Part shown: positions 9,688 through 18,979 of the stretch, one piece after another | How positions within the stretch are numbered: the first letter of the stretch is position 1 | Layout of the letters: the number at the start of each line of letters is the position of its first letter | From: a plasmid | Sequence record: NZ_CP143948.1 | DNA: 64,000 bases | Direction: 5' to 3' (one strand) | Program-made: the position numbers and the translations under genes | The notes under the pieces: generated by a model | Told to the model about the DNA's origin: nothing | The model's database searches: none | What the model saw: the letters and a program-made list of their open reading frames with translations, nothing else

Positions 9688-12600
9688 CTATCCCTCCATC
9701 AATTTCAGATAATCGCCCTTGTCTATATGCATCATAGAAATCTGATTATTATGCCGCCTGAAGCCATAGACACAGTCCACATTTCGGATAAGCGACTGCA
9801 GACGTTCATCCGGTACACAGACAATCAGCTGCAAGTCCATCTTCCTTGCATACTTGAGACACACCGCACTTCGCTCCTGATCCATCTTGGAAAATGCCTC
9901 ATCCAGAAGCACCAGCTTAATCTTTGAATCACGATTGCTCTGCTGCATATAAAGCATCGCAAAGCCCGCAAGAAGCGCAACGTACTTAGGGTTCTGTCCC
10001 TCGCCGCCCGAATCACGTCCTGCCATGTCATCTACAAAGTTTTCCCTGATGACACGGCCGTTTTCGTCCGTAACCTGCTCATACATGCTGAATGACAGAT
10101 AATTGCGGTAATCCGCATACTGCTCCATTTCCTTGCGCTTCTGCATTCGCAGATGCTCATCCTCGTCCCTTGGCGGCATGAACTTGTCTGTCAAAAGTTT
10201 AATTTTCTGCTCATATTTCTTATAAAAATCATCCTCACCAAAGCTTATCTGTCCAGCTATTCCGCCATTATCCGGATTTTTACTGTCCAGTTCTTCCGCC
10301 ATAAGCATATCATAGAACTGACCGTTTTCGTTCTTTGCCGGCTCTATCTTAATCTGATAGGTACTGTCTGAGAAATTAGTCTCCCTAAGAAGCCTGTTTA
10401 TCTCATAGGCATGGCGCTTTGCAGCCTTGATATCACCATGAATTGTACCGATGACATTCTCTCTGAGACTTTTGTAAATCACCTTGCACTGCTCCTCAAA
10501 CTCACTCTCATATTCCGGCTCATAATCCTTCTCGTACTTCTCCAGCAGCTCCTCATATGCCTTATTTGACTTCTCGGCTCCGCTGAACTGACCTGACGGA
10601 AACTCCTTTATATACCTGTAGCGGGCAGTCTGCAACGTCTCCACACACGACTGCTGCCTGCCACCATTTCCGTCTGCGCCTTGCAGCTCAATAAGCTTCT
10701 CACGCTGTTTGCTCTTGACCGATGCTCCTGAGCTATGCTGCAGCATATCCTGAACCTGCTTCTCAAGCTCCTCTCTGGCAACATAGCCCTGTAACATATC
10801 TTCCAGCTGTGCTCTTCGCTGTTCGTTTGCACCTATGATTTTCTCATGCTGGCTTATCTTTTCATTTATCTGCTGCTGATTCAGTGAAAAAGCGCTCTTA
10901 AGTGCATCGATGTTTTTCTCAAGAAGCCTCTTTTTCTCCTTTAGCTCCTTGTACTGCCCATTCTCCATTGTCCTAATAATCTCTTCGAGCTCATTTTTCT
11001 GCGAATTAACTGCTTTAAGCTCATCTGACGCCTCAGAAAGGCCCACAAAATACTCCGGCTCCCCCTTTAAGCACTCAAAATCTCTCTGTGCCTTGAGACT
11101 TGAAATAATACCCATAAGCTGTATCTGGTCCTTCTCAAGCCTCTCCACATCTGCCTCATACTCAGCAAGTCTTGCCTTGGATACCCTGCCTCCGATGCAG
11201 GCATTTGTAGTATAATCGCGCTTCTTCAGATGTCTGAAAATAAAGTTGCTGTATGAGTAGCAGTCCGGTGTAACTCCATCTCGTACCTGCTCAAGCTCGT
11301 CAACACTCCGGCACTTTATAATATGTCCCAGATATCTTTTCAGGCAGACATCTACATACTTTTCCTTTGTATCCACCGCCTCATAAAGCGAACCATCCAT
11401 GGCCTTTGGTTCACTGTCCATGATAGCCTTGGAATTGATGAGGTCAACATCCTCAAACTGCTTCATATCCCTGAAAATAACAGCAGCAGTATGCGCATAA
11501 CGCGGCTCTGTGATAAGTGAGAACTTGAGCCTGCCCATACGTCCTTCTATGGCATTCTTCCATTCCTCGTCCTGTACGTCAAACATATCCGCAAATACCT
11601 GTACCTTCACAGGCTCGCCAAATCTATCACTTAAGTCTCTCTGCAGCGTAGCTCTTGCCGAACGCAGGCTCTCACTGTATGACTTGCGGTTGTTCTTCAT
11701 ATCATCGACCAGACGTTTTTTCTCTTTAAGCTCTTTTGTTATCTCATTTTTCTGCGAATTATTGTCCTCGAGCTCATCCTCGATATCCTTCTTTATAGAC
11801 TCAAGCTTTAGATGAAGCTCCTGACATTTTGCCTCTGTGACGTCACCATCCACAATCTCTTCAATAAGGTTTAAAACTGCATTGCTCACATAATCTGTGA
11901 TGACCTCATCCTCATCCCAGGCCTTTAGTCCGTTTGTGATTTTAATCCACTGACGGCTGTTGTCGGTAAGCATGAGACTTCTCTTCTCAAGCTCCCTAAG
12001 CTGATCCTTTTTGCTTCCTAAGTCGCTCGATTTCAAATCTGCACATACCTGGATATACTCCTGCTGCAGATTCGCCTGCTGCCCGGCTATATCATCTGCC
12101 TTTTCTGAAAGCCTGCCCTGTTCTTCTTCGATACGCTTTTTATCATCCTCAGCTGCCTGAATCCTTGCACGCATATCCTCGATATCTATGCACCTGATCA
12201 TTGTCTCTGCCATGACAATATCGCTCTGGATATTTACCAGTTCCTGCCCTGACTCCTTTATTTCCTTAAGAAGCTCAATACGCTTGCGCATATCCTCTAT
12301 TTTTTCCCTGATTTGTCTGTATGCATCAAGCTGCTCACTGATAGTCTCTATCGTGCCCGAGTCACTCTTTGGAAACATATAATCGCGTATAAACTGGCCT
12401 GTTCCATTTGTCATTCTGAGTGCAATAGCACTTTTTTCCATTGTGATAAAACGATTCGGGTCAATATATCCTAAAATCACATCATATAATGTGCCAAGGT
12501 ATGCCTCCTTCGATGCGTAAATACGGTTTACATCCCCTCTGGCGCGTCTGTCAGCTGACTGTGAGCGAGTATTTACAAGCTTTTTAATATCATTATTTGA

Positions 12601-13053
12601 ATAGCAAAAGCCGTCCGCTGTCATATATGAAGGCTCCGGCATCCTGCCCGAATGACTGAAGTACACAAATCTCTTAATCTCAGAATCGTTTTTTCGTACC
12701 TCAAATGCTATTCCTATACATGTAAACGTATGACTGCCTGTATCCTCTATCTCAAGCGCTATGACCGAACAAAAATCACAGTCGCCACGATTTGCGGAGC
12801 CATCCTTCTGCTCACCCCTCAAATAGCTCAGAACACTTCTCCTGTTTTTTGCATCATCTGCAGCCTTGTTCAAAAACGTGGGGCTGAAGCTGCCGTAGAG
12901 GATTACCTGAATCGCATCCATGACGGTTGATTTTCCCGAGCCACTCTTACCACTGAACAAATTGACATACTCATTAAAATGCAAAACCTTGTGATTTATT
13001 CCGCCCCAGTTGTTTAGACACATTCTGGTAAATATCTTCTTAGACTGACTCAA
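9688..13053 (-). CDS. SMC-like ATPase, JetC/MksB family
   Basis: N-terminal Walker A (LFSGKSGSGKSTVMDAIQ), long coiled-coil region, ABC-type signature GRDSGGEGQ and C-terminal Walker B/D-loop LVLLDEAFSKMD. Start chosen at TTG 13053 (MSQSKKIFTRMCLNNW), 8 nt after a GGAGGAG RBS; the ORF track begins at 13092. Confidence 0.75.
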   Translation of the reverse strand: MSQSKKIFTRMCLNNWGGINHKVLHFNEYVNLFSGKSGSGKSTVMDAIQVILYGSFSPTFLNKAADDAKNRRSVLSYLRGEQKDGSANRGDCDFCSVIALEIEDTGSHTFTCIGIAFEVRKNDSEIKRFVYFSHSGRMPEPSYMTADGFCYSNNDIKKLVNTRSQSADRRARGDVNRIYASKEAYLGTLYDVILGYIDPNRFITMEKSAIALRMTNGTGQFIRDYMFPKSDSGTIETISEQLDAYRQIREKIEDMRKRIELLKEIKESGQELVNIQSDIVMAETMIRCIDIEDMRARIQAAEDDKKRIEEEQGRLSEKADDIAGQQANLQQEYIQVCADLKSSDLGSKKDQLRELEKRSLMLTDNSRQWIKITNGLKAWDEDEVITDYVSNAVLNLIEEIVDGDVTEAKCQELHLKLESIKKDIEDELEDNNSQKNEITKELKEKKRLVDDMKNNRKSYSESLRSARATLQRDLSDRFGEPVKVQVFADMFDVQDEEWKNAIEGRMGRLKFSLITEPRYAHTAAVIFRDMKQFEDVDLINSKAIMDSEPKAMDGSLYEAVDTKEKYVDVCLKRYLGHIIKCRSVDELEQVRDGVTPDCYSYSNFIFRHLKKRDYTTNACIGGRVSKARLAEYEADVERLEKDQIQLMGIISSLKAQRDFECLKGEPEYFVGLSEASDELKAVNSQKNELEEIIRTMENGQYKELKEKKRLLEKNIDALKSAFSLNQQQINEKISQHEKIIGANEQRRAQLEDMLQGYVAREELEKQVQDMLQHSSGASVKSKQREKLIELQGADGNGGRQQSCVETLQTARYRYIKEFPSGQFSGAEKSNKAYEELLEKYEKDYEPEYESEFEEQCKVIYKSLRENVIGTIHGDIKAAKRHAYEINRLLRETNFSDSTYQIKIEPAKNENGQFYDMLMAEELDSKNPDNGGIAGQISFGEDDFYKKYEQKIKLLTDKFMPPRDEDEHLRMQKRKEMEQYADYRNYLSFSMYEQVTDENGRVIRENFVDDMAGRDSGGEGQNPKYVALLAGFAMLYMQQSNRDSKIKLVLLDEAFSKMDQERSAVCLKYARKMDLQLIVCVPDERLQSLIRNVDCVYGFRRHNNQISMMHIDKGDYLKLMEG

Positions 13054-13765
13054 TTGGTAACTCCTCCATTTCACTGTTCTTGGCAAATTCATGGGTATGG
13101 TTTACAGAACTGCCTTCTGTATTCAATCCGGCAGCTTCAAGTGTTGCAGCCGACTCGTTATCATACTTAATCAGCTCCACCTCATCACTGTACATGCGCA
13201 CAAGCTCATTTATATCCATGGCTGAGCAGAATATATTTACTGTGCCATAAATATAAATCGGTGTGTTGTCCTCCAGGTTTGCAATAGCCCCCGGCAGTTC
13301 AATCATCTGATGTGTTTTCATAAGCAAAAGAGCGTCTGACCATTCCTGATTAGTGAGCTTTCTGGTAATCAGATTGGTATTTCTGCCATACTCACGAATC
13401 TCCGCCAGATTCGTTGTTGTCGCATTAAGCCCCTCGCCCATGATTTTATCCCTGTATATCATCTTCATTATAATGACAATCCTTGCAGTAAGAAGAGTCA
13501 TCTTCTCGAGCATGACACCATCACCCGTTATCCTGAAAAGATGCTCCTGCTGGTCATGAACCAGCTCACAGTCAAGCACAGCCAGATAATCAGAGATAAA
13601 CTCTCTGTTTCTAAGACACACCTGATACCTTGGATTGTCTCTTTGAATCAATGTAACGGGGTCACACTTCATTTGCAAAATACAGGTCTGCCTCAACAGA
13701 TCCTGAATAGTTTTTCTAATATTTTCTGCCTCATTTGGCGAAACATTCTCCATATATTCAAACAT
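13040..13765 (-). CDS. JetB/MksE-like (KITE-type) subunit
   Basis: 241 aa, acidic. Sits between a kleisin-sized gene and the SMC-like gene and overlaps the downstream gene by 14 nt. Assignment rests on synteny and size; no domain could be confirmed. Confidence 0.5.
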   Translation of the reverse strand: MFEYMENVSPNEAENIRKTIQDLLRQTCILQMKCDPVTLIQRDNPRYQVCLRNREFISDYLAVLDCELVHDQQEHLFRITGDGVMLEKMTLLTARIVIIMKMIYRDKIMGEGLNATTTNLAEIREYGRNTNLITRKLTNQEWSDALLLMKTHQMIELPGAIANLEDNTPIYIYGTVNIFCSAMDINELVRMYSDEVELIKYDNESAATLEAAGLNTEGSSVNHTHEFAKNSEMEELPIESV

Positions 13766-13780
13766 ACATTGCTCTCTTTT

Positions 13781-15280
13781 CTATGCTTCTCGTTTAGAGT
13801 CCGATTTGGATATTACAAGCCTTGAGTAGCTTACACCATCACTCTTTGTTATCTCTCCATCCAGACTCACCGTATCCTCACCCATGCGCTCATTGGTCTC
13901 CTCCTGCCATAAAAACAGAAGCTTTTCCAGATCCTCCATGGATTCTACAGTCTGTTCATCTGTCACAAACATGCCATCACGCATATTTTTATCTCTGAAG
14001 CTTTGAAGCTCCTTTTTGGTATACAATGGCTTTGGCACAAAATCTGCCATATCATCTTCGCCTGCCGAAGCATCGTCAATAACAAACGGAACAAACTCAC
14101 TTCTTCCTCTCTCTCTTCTTCCCGGAAAGCTGTCGTCCGTTACATTGTAAAACTGTCTGGTGAACTTCATTCTGTTTCGAAGAGCCCCAAGTATCTCATC
14201 TGTTTTATCACTCTTATCTATCAGGTTAATGAGCTTTACTATATTATCCTCGTCATCTGCGCCTTCCTGCAGGATATAGTGTATCCTTGCAAGCGCCCTC
14301 TTTGCAAAAATCGTCTTCTGCTCAATAAGCTTGTTGTACTTTCTCTCAATCAGGTCAAACTCATGCTCCACCTTATAAACAAGCTCACTTGCCTTATCAC
14401 AGTACTCCACGCTGTACTCATAGCGTTTTCTCTCAAACGTACCGGGTGTAGTCTGCGAAAGAATTCCCTCAAGCTCAGCCCTTCTGTCATCGTTCTGATT
14501 GAGGATTTTGCTTATAAGCTCCTTTACAGCCTCCTTATAACGATAAAAGCTATCCGTGGTTGTAAGGATGGCATAACGTCTGCTATCACTGTTATTAATT
14601 TCCTTAATCAGTACCTTCTGTATACCGATAAAATCCTTCATACGTGACAGCTCATCAAAATATGCCCTCATGCCATCCTGCATATTTGATAAAAGCTGAC
14701 CAAGATTTTTTGACGTATACAACGCATTTTTCAGAATATCATTATTTTTTTCCGGGTCTGAAAAATATGTAAAAAGCGCACTGTAAACAGCCAAAATACT
14801 CTCACGCTCCCTGCTGTCATCATCCACAAGCAGCTTTTTAAATAGCTCAGCATACATCTGGCTGTACTGAGGAAATGCAATCACATATGTGTTGAGCTTT
14901 TCATCAAAATCACTCCTGATCCAGCCCCAGTTTATAAGCCTGCCCAATATAGCTGATGGTGTCAGGGTGTATGCGAAGCTGGTCTGGTCATATACATCGA
15001 CAATTTCCAGATCAGAATTATAATCATCATGATTATCCATGCTGTCACTATCTTTATTACTCTCATCTTCATTATAATCAGTCTGCCATACAATGCCTGT
15101 TTTTGATATGGTATCCGCTATGATTATCTGACACTCCTCACGTGTCAGTCCCAGTGATGCATAGACCTCGTTATTCTCCTCATATAACGCAACAACTATC
15201 TGCATGTATGCATCCATATTTTTTGTGCGGAATAAGCTATAAAATTCTTTTGGTATTCTATCTTTTAATGTCATACTCAT
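13781..15280 (-). CDS. JetA/MksF-like (kleisin-type) subunit
   Basis: ~500 aa as first gene of the three-gene operon. Start placed at ATG 15280 (MSMTLKD), after the 14-bp inverted repeat. Assignment rests on synteny and size. Confidence 0.45.
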   Translation of the reverse strand: MSMTLKDRIPKEFYSLFRTKNMDAYMQIVVALYEENNEVYASLGLTREECQIIIADTISKTGIVWQTDYNEDESNKDSDSMDNHDDYNSDLEIVDVYDQTSFAYTLTPSAILGRLINWGWIRSDFDEKLNTYVIAFPQYSQMYAELFKKLLVDDDSRERESILAVYSALFTYFSDPEKNNDILKNALYTSKNLGQLLSNMQDGMRAYFDELSRMKDFIGIQKVLIKEINNSDSRRYAILTTTDSFYRYKEAVKELISKILNQNDDRRAELEGILSQTTPGTFERKRYEYSVEYCDKASELVYKVEHEFDLIERKYNKLIEQKTIFAKRALARIHYILQEGADDEDNIVKLINLIDKSDKTDEILGALRNRMKFTRQFYNVTDDSFPGRRERGRSEFVPFVIDDASAGEDDMADFVPKPLYTKKELQSFRDKNMRDGMFVTDEQTVESMEDLEKLLFLWQEETNERMGEDTVSLDGEITKSDGVSYSRLVISKSDSKREA

Positions 15281-15288
15281 ATAATAAC

Positions 15289-15336
15289 ATATCCCCACGT
15301 TTTTCGCCATATACATGGAAATAAACGTGGGGATAT
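15289..15336 (-). terminator. Perfect 14-bp inverted repeat (ATATCCCCACGTTT / AAACGTGGGGATAT), likely MCP terminator or operator ahead of jetA-like gene
   Basis: Perfect palindrome arms separated by 20 nt, followed by a U-rich run on the minus strand. Lies ~100 nt downstream of the MCP stop. Confidence 0.45.
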
Positions 15337-15436
15337 TAATATTGCTGCTTCACATCTCAGTCTTAACAATAACATCCGGTTACCGTCAAATCACTCCTGA
15401 TTGTGACCATCAATAATTCTATTCAATATAATATGC

Positions 15437-16759
15437 TTACTGCTCAGCAACTCTCAGATGACGTATAAGCTCATTTAAGCTCTCTGCCTCACTGCTCATC
15501 TCCTGACTTGCAGCTGCACACTCCTGTGAAGAAGCTGAGTTAGTCTGAACTACATCGTTAATCTGCTCTACGCCATTATTAATCTGCTTGATAGCATCTG
15601 TCTGTGTCTCAAGTGTCTCTGCGATTCCATTAACCTCATCTGTAATAGTCTTGGAATTGCCTGCAACCTCCTCAAGCTGTGATGCTGTCTTGCCTGCAAT
15701 AACCATTCCTTTTTCAACAGCCTTGACTGAAGACTCGATAAGAGCTGCTGACTCCTTAGCAGCATTTGCACTCTGCTCAGCAAGTACAGTAACCTGATCT
15801 GCTACAACTGCAAAGCCTTTTCCTGCCTCTCCTGCTCTGGCTGCCTCGATAGAAGCATTGAGTGCAAGAAGGTTTGTCTGTGATGCAATCTCATTGATTG
15901 TTGCGATGATTTTACCAATCTCCTGAGATGCCTCATTTATCTCATTCATGGATGTAACCATCTCATGCATCTGTCCGTTGCTATCCATAATCTCAGTTCC
16001 GAGTCCATCAACCTTCTGGCTGATTTCCTTTGCATGCTCGGCATTCTCAGCTACCTGATCCGCTACAGAAGCAAGTGTGGCTGTAAGCTCCTCCACAACG
16101 GCGGCCTGGTCTGTTGCGCCCTGCGCCAGATCACTTGAGCTGGCAGCTACCTGCCCAGCACCGTTTGAAACCTCATTTGCCGCTCTCTGGATACCACTTA
16201 CTGTATCTGACATGCTCTCCTCGAAAGCAACAATTGATTCTTTAATTCCTACAAAATCGCCTTTCCACTCCACCTGTGGCTTAAAGTTGAAATTGCCATC
16301 TGCAAACTGTCTCATAGTCTGGTCGATATCATCAATATATGTGCCAAGTGTCCTGATAGACTTTCTAAGGTCATGTGCAAGTTTGCCAACCTCATCATCT
16401 GAATGATACTCCAGATTGCTGTGAAGATTTCCATTAACAAGCTCTCCTGCCACTACCTCAATCTGCTGTAATGGCTCAAGCACAGAATCAATAACCTGGT
16501 CACTGATTTTTTTTGCAATCATTGTGGCTACAATTCCAACTATTATTACATTAGCCAGTCCTATAATCAGGAAAAACGTAGCAACTGTTCCCGACTCGGC
16601 ACCAAAGATATTAGCCTTTGCACCAAAATAAACCAATAAAACTGCAACAATTGATATGCCTCCCGATACAAGCAGCATATCCAATACTTTCTTATAGCCA
16701 TATTTCAATCTCTGCTGAAGTGGCATTTCCATTATTTTGCTTTTAGCTTCCTCACCCAT
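15437..16759 (-). CDS. Methyl-accepting chemotaxis protein
   Basis: Two N-terminal TM helices, a HAMP domain and the MCP signalling domain with highly conserved methylation-helix repeats. Start at MGEEAKS, 8 nt after an AAGGGAG RBS. Confidence 0.85.
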   Translation of the reverse strand: MGEEAKSKIMEMPLQQRLKYGYKKVLDMLLVSGGISIVAVLLVYFGAKANIFGAESGTVATFFLIIGLANVIIVGIVATMIAKKISDQVIDSVLEPLQQIEVVAGELVNGNLHSNLEYHSDDEVGKLAHDLRKSIRTLGTYIDDIDQTMRQFADGNFNFKPQVEWKGDFVGIKESIVAFEESMSDTVSGIQRAANEVSNGAGQVAASSSDLAQGATDQAAVVEELTATLASVADQVAENAEHAKEISQKVDGLGTEIMDSNGQMHEMVTSMNEINEASQEIGKIIATINEIASQTNLLALNASIEAARAGEAGKGFAVVADQVTVLAEQSANAAKESAALIESSVKAVEKGMVIAGKTASQLEEVAGNSKTITDEVNGIAETLETQTDAIKQINNGVEQINDVVQTNSASSQECAAASQEMSSEAESLNELIRHLRVAEQ

Positions 16760-16921
16760 ATGTAATTCTCCCTTTCTCATTTAGGTTTCGTTCTATACAG
16801 TAAGATTATTATATCATTACCATAGTACTATTTCAATGATAATTTGACAATATTCGTCATTTTTGACATATCGCCTAATTTCGGAAATGATTTATAGTCA
16901 AATACACTAATTTCCCGCTTA

Positions 16922-17224
16922 TTACACCTCGAAATCCATACATGCCCTATTTGCAGTAAATGGTCTCACCTTGGTATCCGCCACTGCAACATGCTTAGGA
17001 TTCTTTGCATACGCTGCAAGTGCATCAGCATCCTCAAATGTAGTATCAAGCATCACATCTACGGTAGATGTCGGAAGATAATCTGTGCGAACTGAAATGT
17101 CGATCATTCCCGGAATCTGTCCCTTAAGTCCCTCTAAGCCTTCCTTTATGCCGGCACGTATTTCAGCCTTCTGTGCCTCTGTGTACTCATCCTTGAGTGT
17201 CCATAAAATAATGTGTTTAACCAT
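16922..17224 (-). CDS. Dabb-family stress-responsive protein
   Basis: 100 aa with N-terminus MVKHIILWTLKDE typical of Dabb/stress-responsive alpha-beta barrel proteins. CAGGAGGAA RBS. Confidence 0.7.
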   Translation of the reverse strand: MVKHIILWTLKDEYTEAQKAEIRAGIKEGLEGLKGQIPGMIDISVRTDYLPTSTVDVMLDTTFEDADALAAYAKNPKHVAVADTKVRPFTANRACMDFEV

Positions 17225-17480
17225 TGTGTTCCTCCTGAGTTTATCAGGTCTTTCGACCAGTCCAAACTATAACATAATAATTTCTTTAATGTTCATCTCT
17301 TCTATAGTTCAAAACCATAAGGTGAATGGAGACCTTTGTATGAATAATATGCCATTCAGACCGCTATGTCAATTACATATTCTACCCCATCGCTTCGTTT
17401 CCTACCCCATTTTGCACCTTTTGTGGCAGAAAACATATTAGGTACAGTTTAGAATACATTTATTATTCAAATCATTTAAT

Positions 17481-18005
17481 TTACATTTCTCTTTTAGCTT
17501 CTACCTTTGTTGCATATTTCCACGTCTTTCCGCAATCTTTTGAATAGATACTTTCCCAACTAAATGTATCCTTCTCAATATTTTTGAAATTCCATTGCCA
17601 TATAGTTGTATCATTCGCATCTTTATTAATCCCTGTTTGTATAATATCATTCTCCAATTCTTCGGCGATTAACCTATCAACACTCCATTTGGAAACGTAC
17701 ACTATATTCCACTTTTTTGAATTATCTATCATTGGAACTCGTATTGTTGTTCCATAATCTCCGTATAAAGTATCTTCCTCTGTCCATTCTCCTCTTTTGG
17801 GACAAATGAAGACATCTTGAATTCCATACCCATCCATGACATATGAAAAAAGCCACTCACCTTCTTTTGTATCTTCAATCTTCCCCTCTTCATCATATGT
17901 AGTCATTGTAAACGACCAATTTCCAACAAATCTACTATACAATGATAAATCTGTGTTATTATTCGCATTATTGCTTCCTAATGCTTCTAAAAATTCATTT
18001 TTCAT
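17481..18005 (-). CDS. Hypothetical protein (Trp-rich, AT-rich gene)
   Basis: 174 aa with no recognisable domain. GC content is lower than neighbouring genes. Confidence 0.45.
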   Translation of the reverse strand: MKNEFLEALGSNNANNNTDLSLYSRFVGNWSFTMTTYDEEGKIEDTKEGEWLFSYVMDGYGIQDVFICPKRGEWTEEDTLYGDYGTTIRVPMIDNSKKWNIVYVSKWSVDRLIAEELENDIIQTGINKDANDTTIWQWNFKNIEKDTFSWESIYSKDCGKTWKYATKVEAKREM

Positions 18006-18038
18006 TAGCGTACACTCTCCTCCCGATAAACATGTTGC

Positions 18039-18560
18039 TTATTTATCATTTGTAGTAATTGAATAAACAACCAAATCCCTATATTCCCCTGTGTTTTTAT
18101 CAATTCTTCTTTTTCTTAAAACCCCATCCTTAATAAAACCTACCTTTTCAAGCAGATTAAGCGAAGGTTTATTATCTATATTACATTTTGCCTCAATGAG
18201 ATACAGTCTATCTTTTGACAAGTATTCTGAAATCATCTTTTTTACAGCTTCAGTGCCATAACCTTTACCATGCCACTTTTCACCAATAACATAACCAATT
18301 TCACCAATCCTTAATTCTTGATATGGTATATCAAAAGATATATATCCTATACATGCACCACTTTCTTTTTCAACAATTACCCATGCATTCGTATTTTTCA
18401 CCATAGCATTTACAAAAGAATTCATCTGATCCATATTCATTGGATATCCCATTATAAAATCACCCAAATGCTCATCTGTCCCCCATCCCTCGAAGCATAT
18501 TGAAGCATCTTCATTCACAAAATGGCGGATGTATAATCGCTCTGTTTCTATTTTCATCAT
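18039..18560 (-). CDS. GNAT family N-acetyltransferase
   Basis: 173 aa with acetyl-CoA binding motif (KWHGKGYGTEAVKKMI) typical of the RimJ/RimL-like GNAT fold. Confidence 0.8.
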   Translation of the reverse strand: MMKIETERLYIRHFVNEDASICFEGWGTDEHLGDFIMGYPMNMDQMNSFVNAMVKNTNAWVIVEKESGACIGYISFDIPYQELRIGEIGYVIGEKWHGKGYGTEAVKKMISEYLSKDRLYLIEAKCNIDNKPSLNLLEKVGFIKDGVLRKRRIDKNTGEYRDLVVYSITTNDK

Positions 18561-18637
18561 AAAAATCCTTTTCCATCTACATTATGACTTGGCACCACTA
18601 CATCAATTAATCCTACTATAACATACTTTTAAACTGT

Positions 18638-18672
18638 AAAAAAGGGTTTCCGAGAAATCTCGGAAACCCTTG
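18638..18672 (-). terminator. Rho-independent terminator downstream of the displaced tuf 3-prime fragment
   Basis: GGGTTTCCGAG-aaat-CTCGGAAACCC stem followed by a T6 run on the minus strand. Confidence 0.45.
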
Positions 18673-18705
18673 AATTTACTAGATATTTACACTACTAACA
18701 AGTAA

Positions 18706-18759
18706 TTACTCGATAACTGTAGCAACACGTCCAGAACCTACTGTACGTCCACCCTCACG
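18706..18759 (-). repeat. Direct repeat (left copy): orphan duplicate of the last 17 codons plus stop of tuf
   Basis: 54 bp, 53/54 identical to 22460..22513, same orientation. The single difference (GGA to GGT) is synonymous. Encodes [17 protein letters not shown]. Confidence 0.85.
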
Positions 18760-18862
18760 ATACTTTAATATCATTTTACCTCATATTTTTTATGGTTTTC
18801 TCTCCAAAATACAGTGAAAAACGACTGATTTGTACTATTTATTTTTATTTGCCTGATTTCTT

Positions 18863-18879
18863 GGCACCGTTTTGGCACC
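18863..18879 (+). repeat. GGCACC-N5-GGCACC 17-bp motif (left copy)
   Basis: Exact 17-mer GGCACCGTTTTGGCACC, also present at 22248..22264. Confidence 0.7.
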
Positions 18880-18979
18880 GGAAGCCTCAGTCAAAAAGCT
18901 TCTCTTCTGCTGTTTATACTCTTCTCTATCAGCTTTAATTTATAGCCAAAAAGCAGCCAGTTTTTCATATAAATAATTT

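Noticed and set aside
9100-9690. Search for a JetD/Toprim gene next to the SMC operon
   Set aside because: The only ORF downstream is a 154-aa hexapeptide-repeat protein, followed by an MFS transporter. The upstream neighbour is an MCP. No ~400-aa Toprim/DUF2220 candidate exists on either side.
14003-14647. 214-aa plus-strand ORF inside the jetA-like gene
   Set aside because: Antisense to a coding region with overlapping neighbours. Leu/Ile/Lys-rich composition reflects the AT-rich antisense strand.
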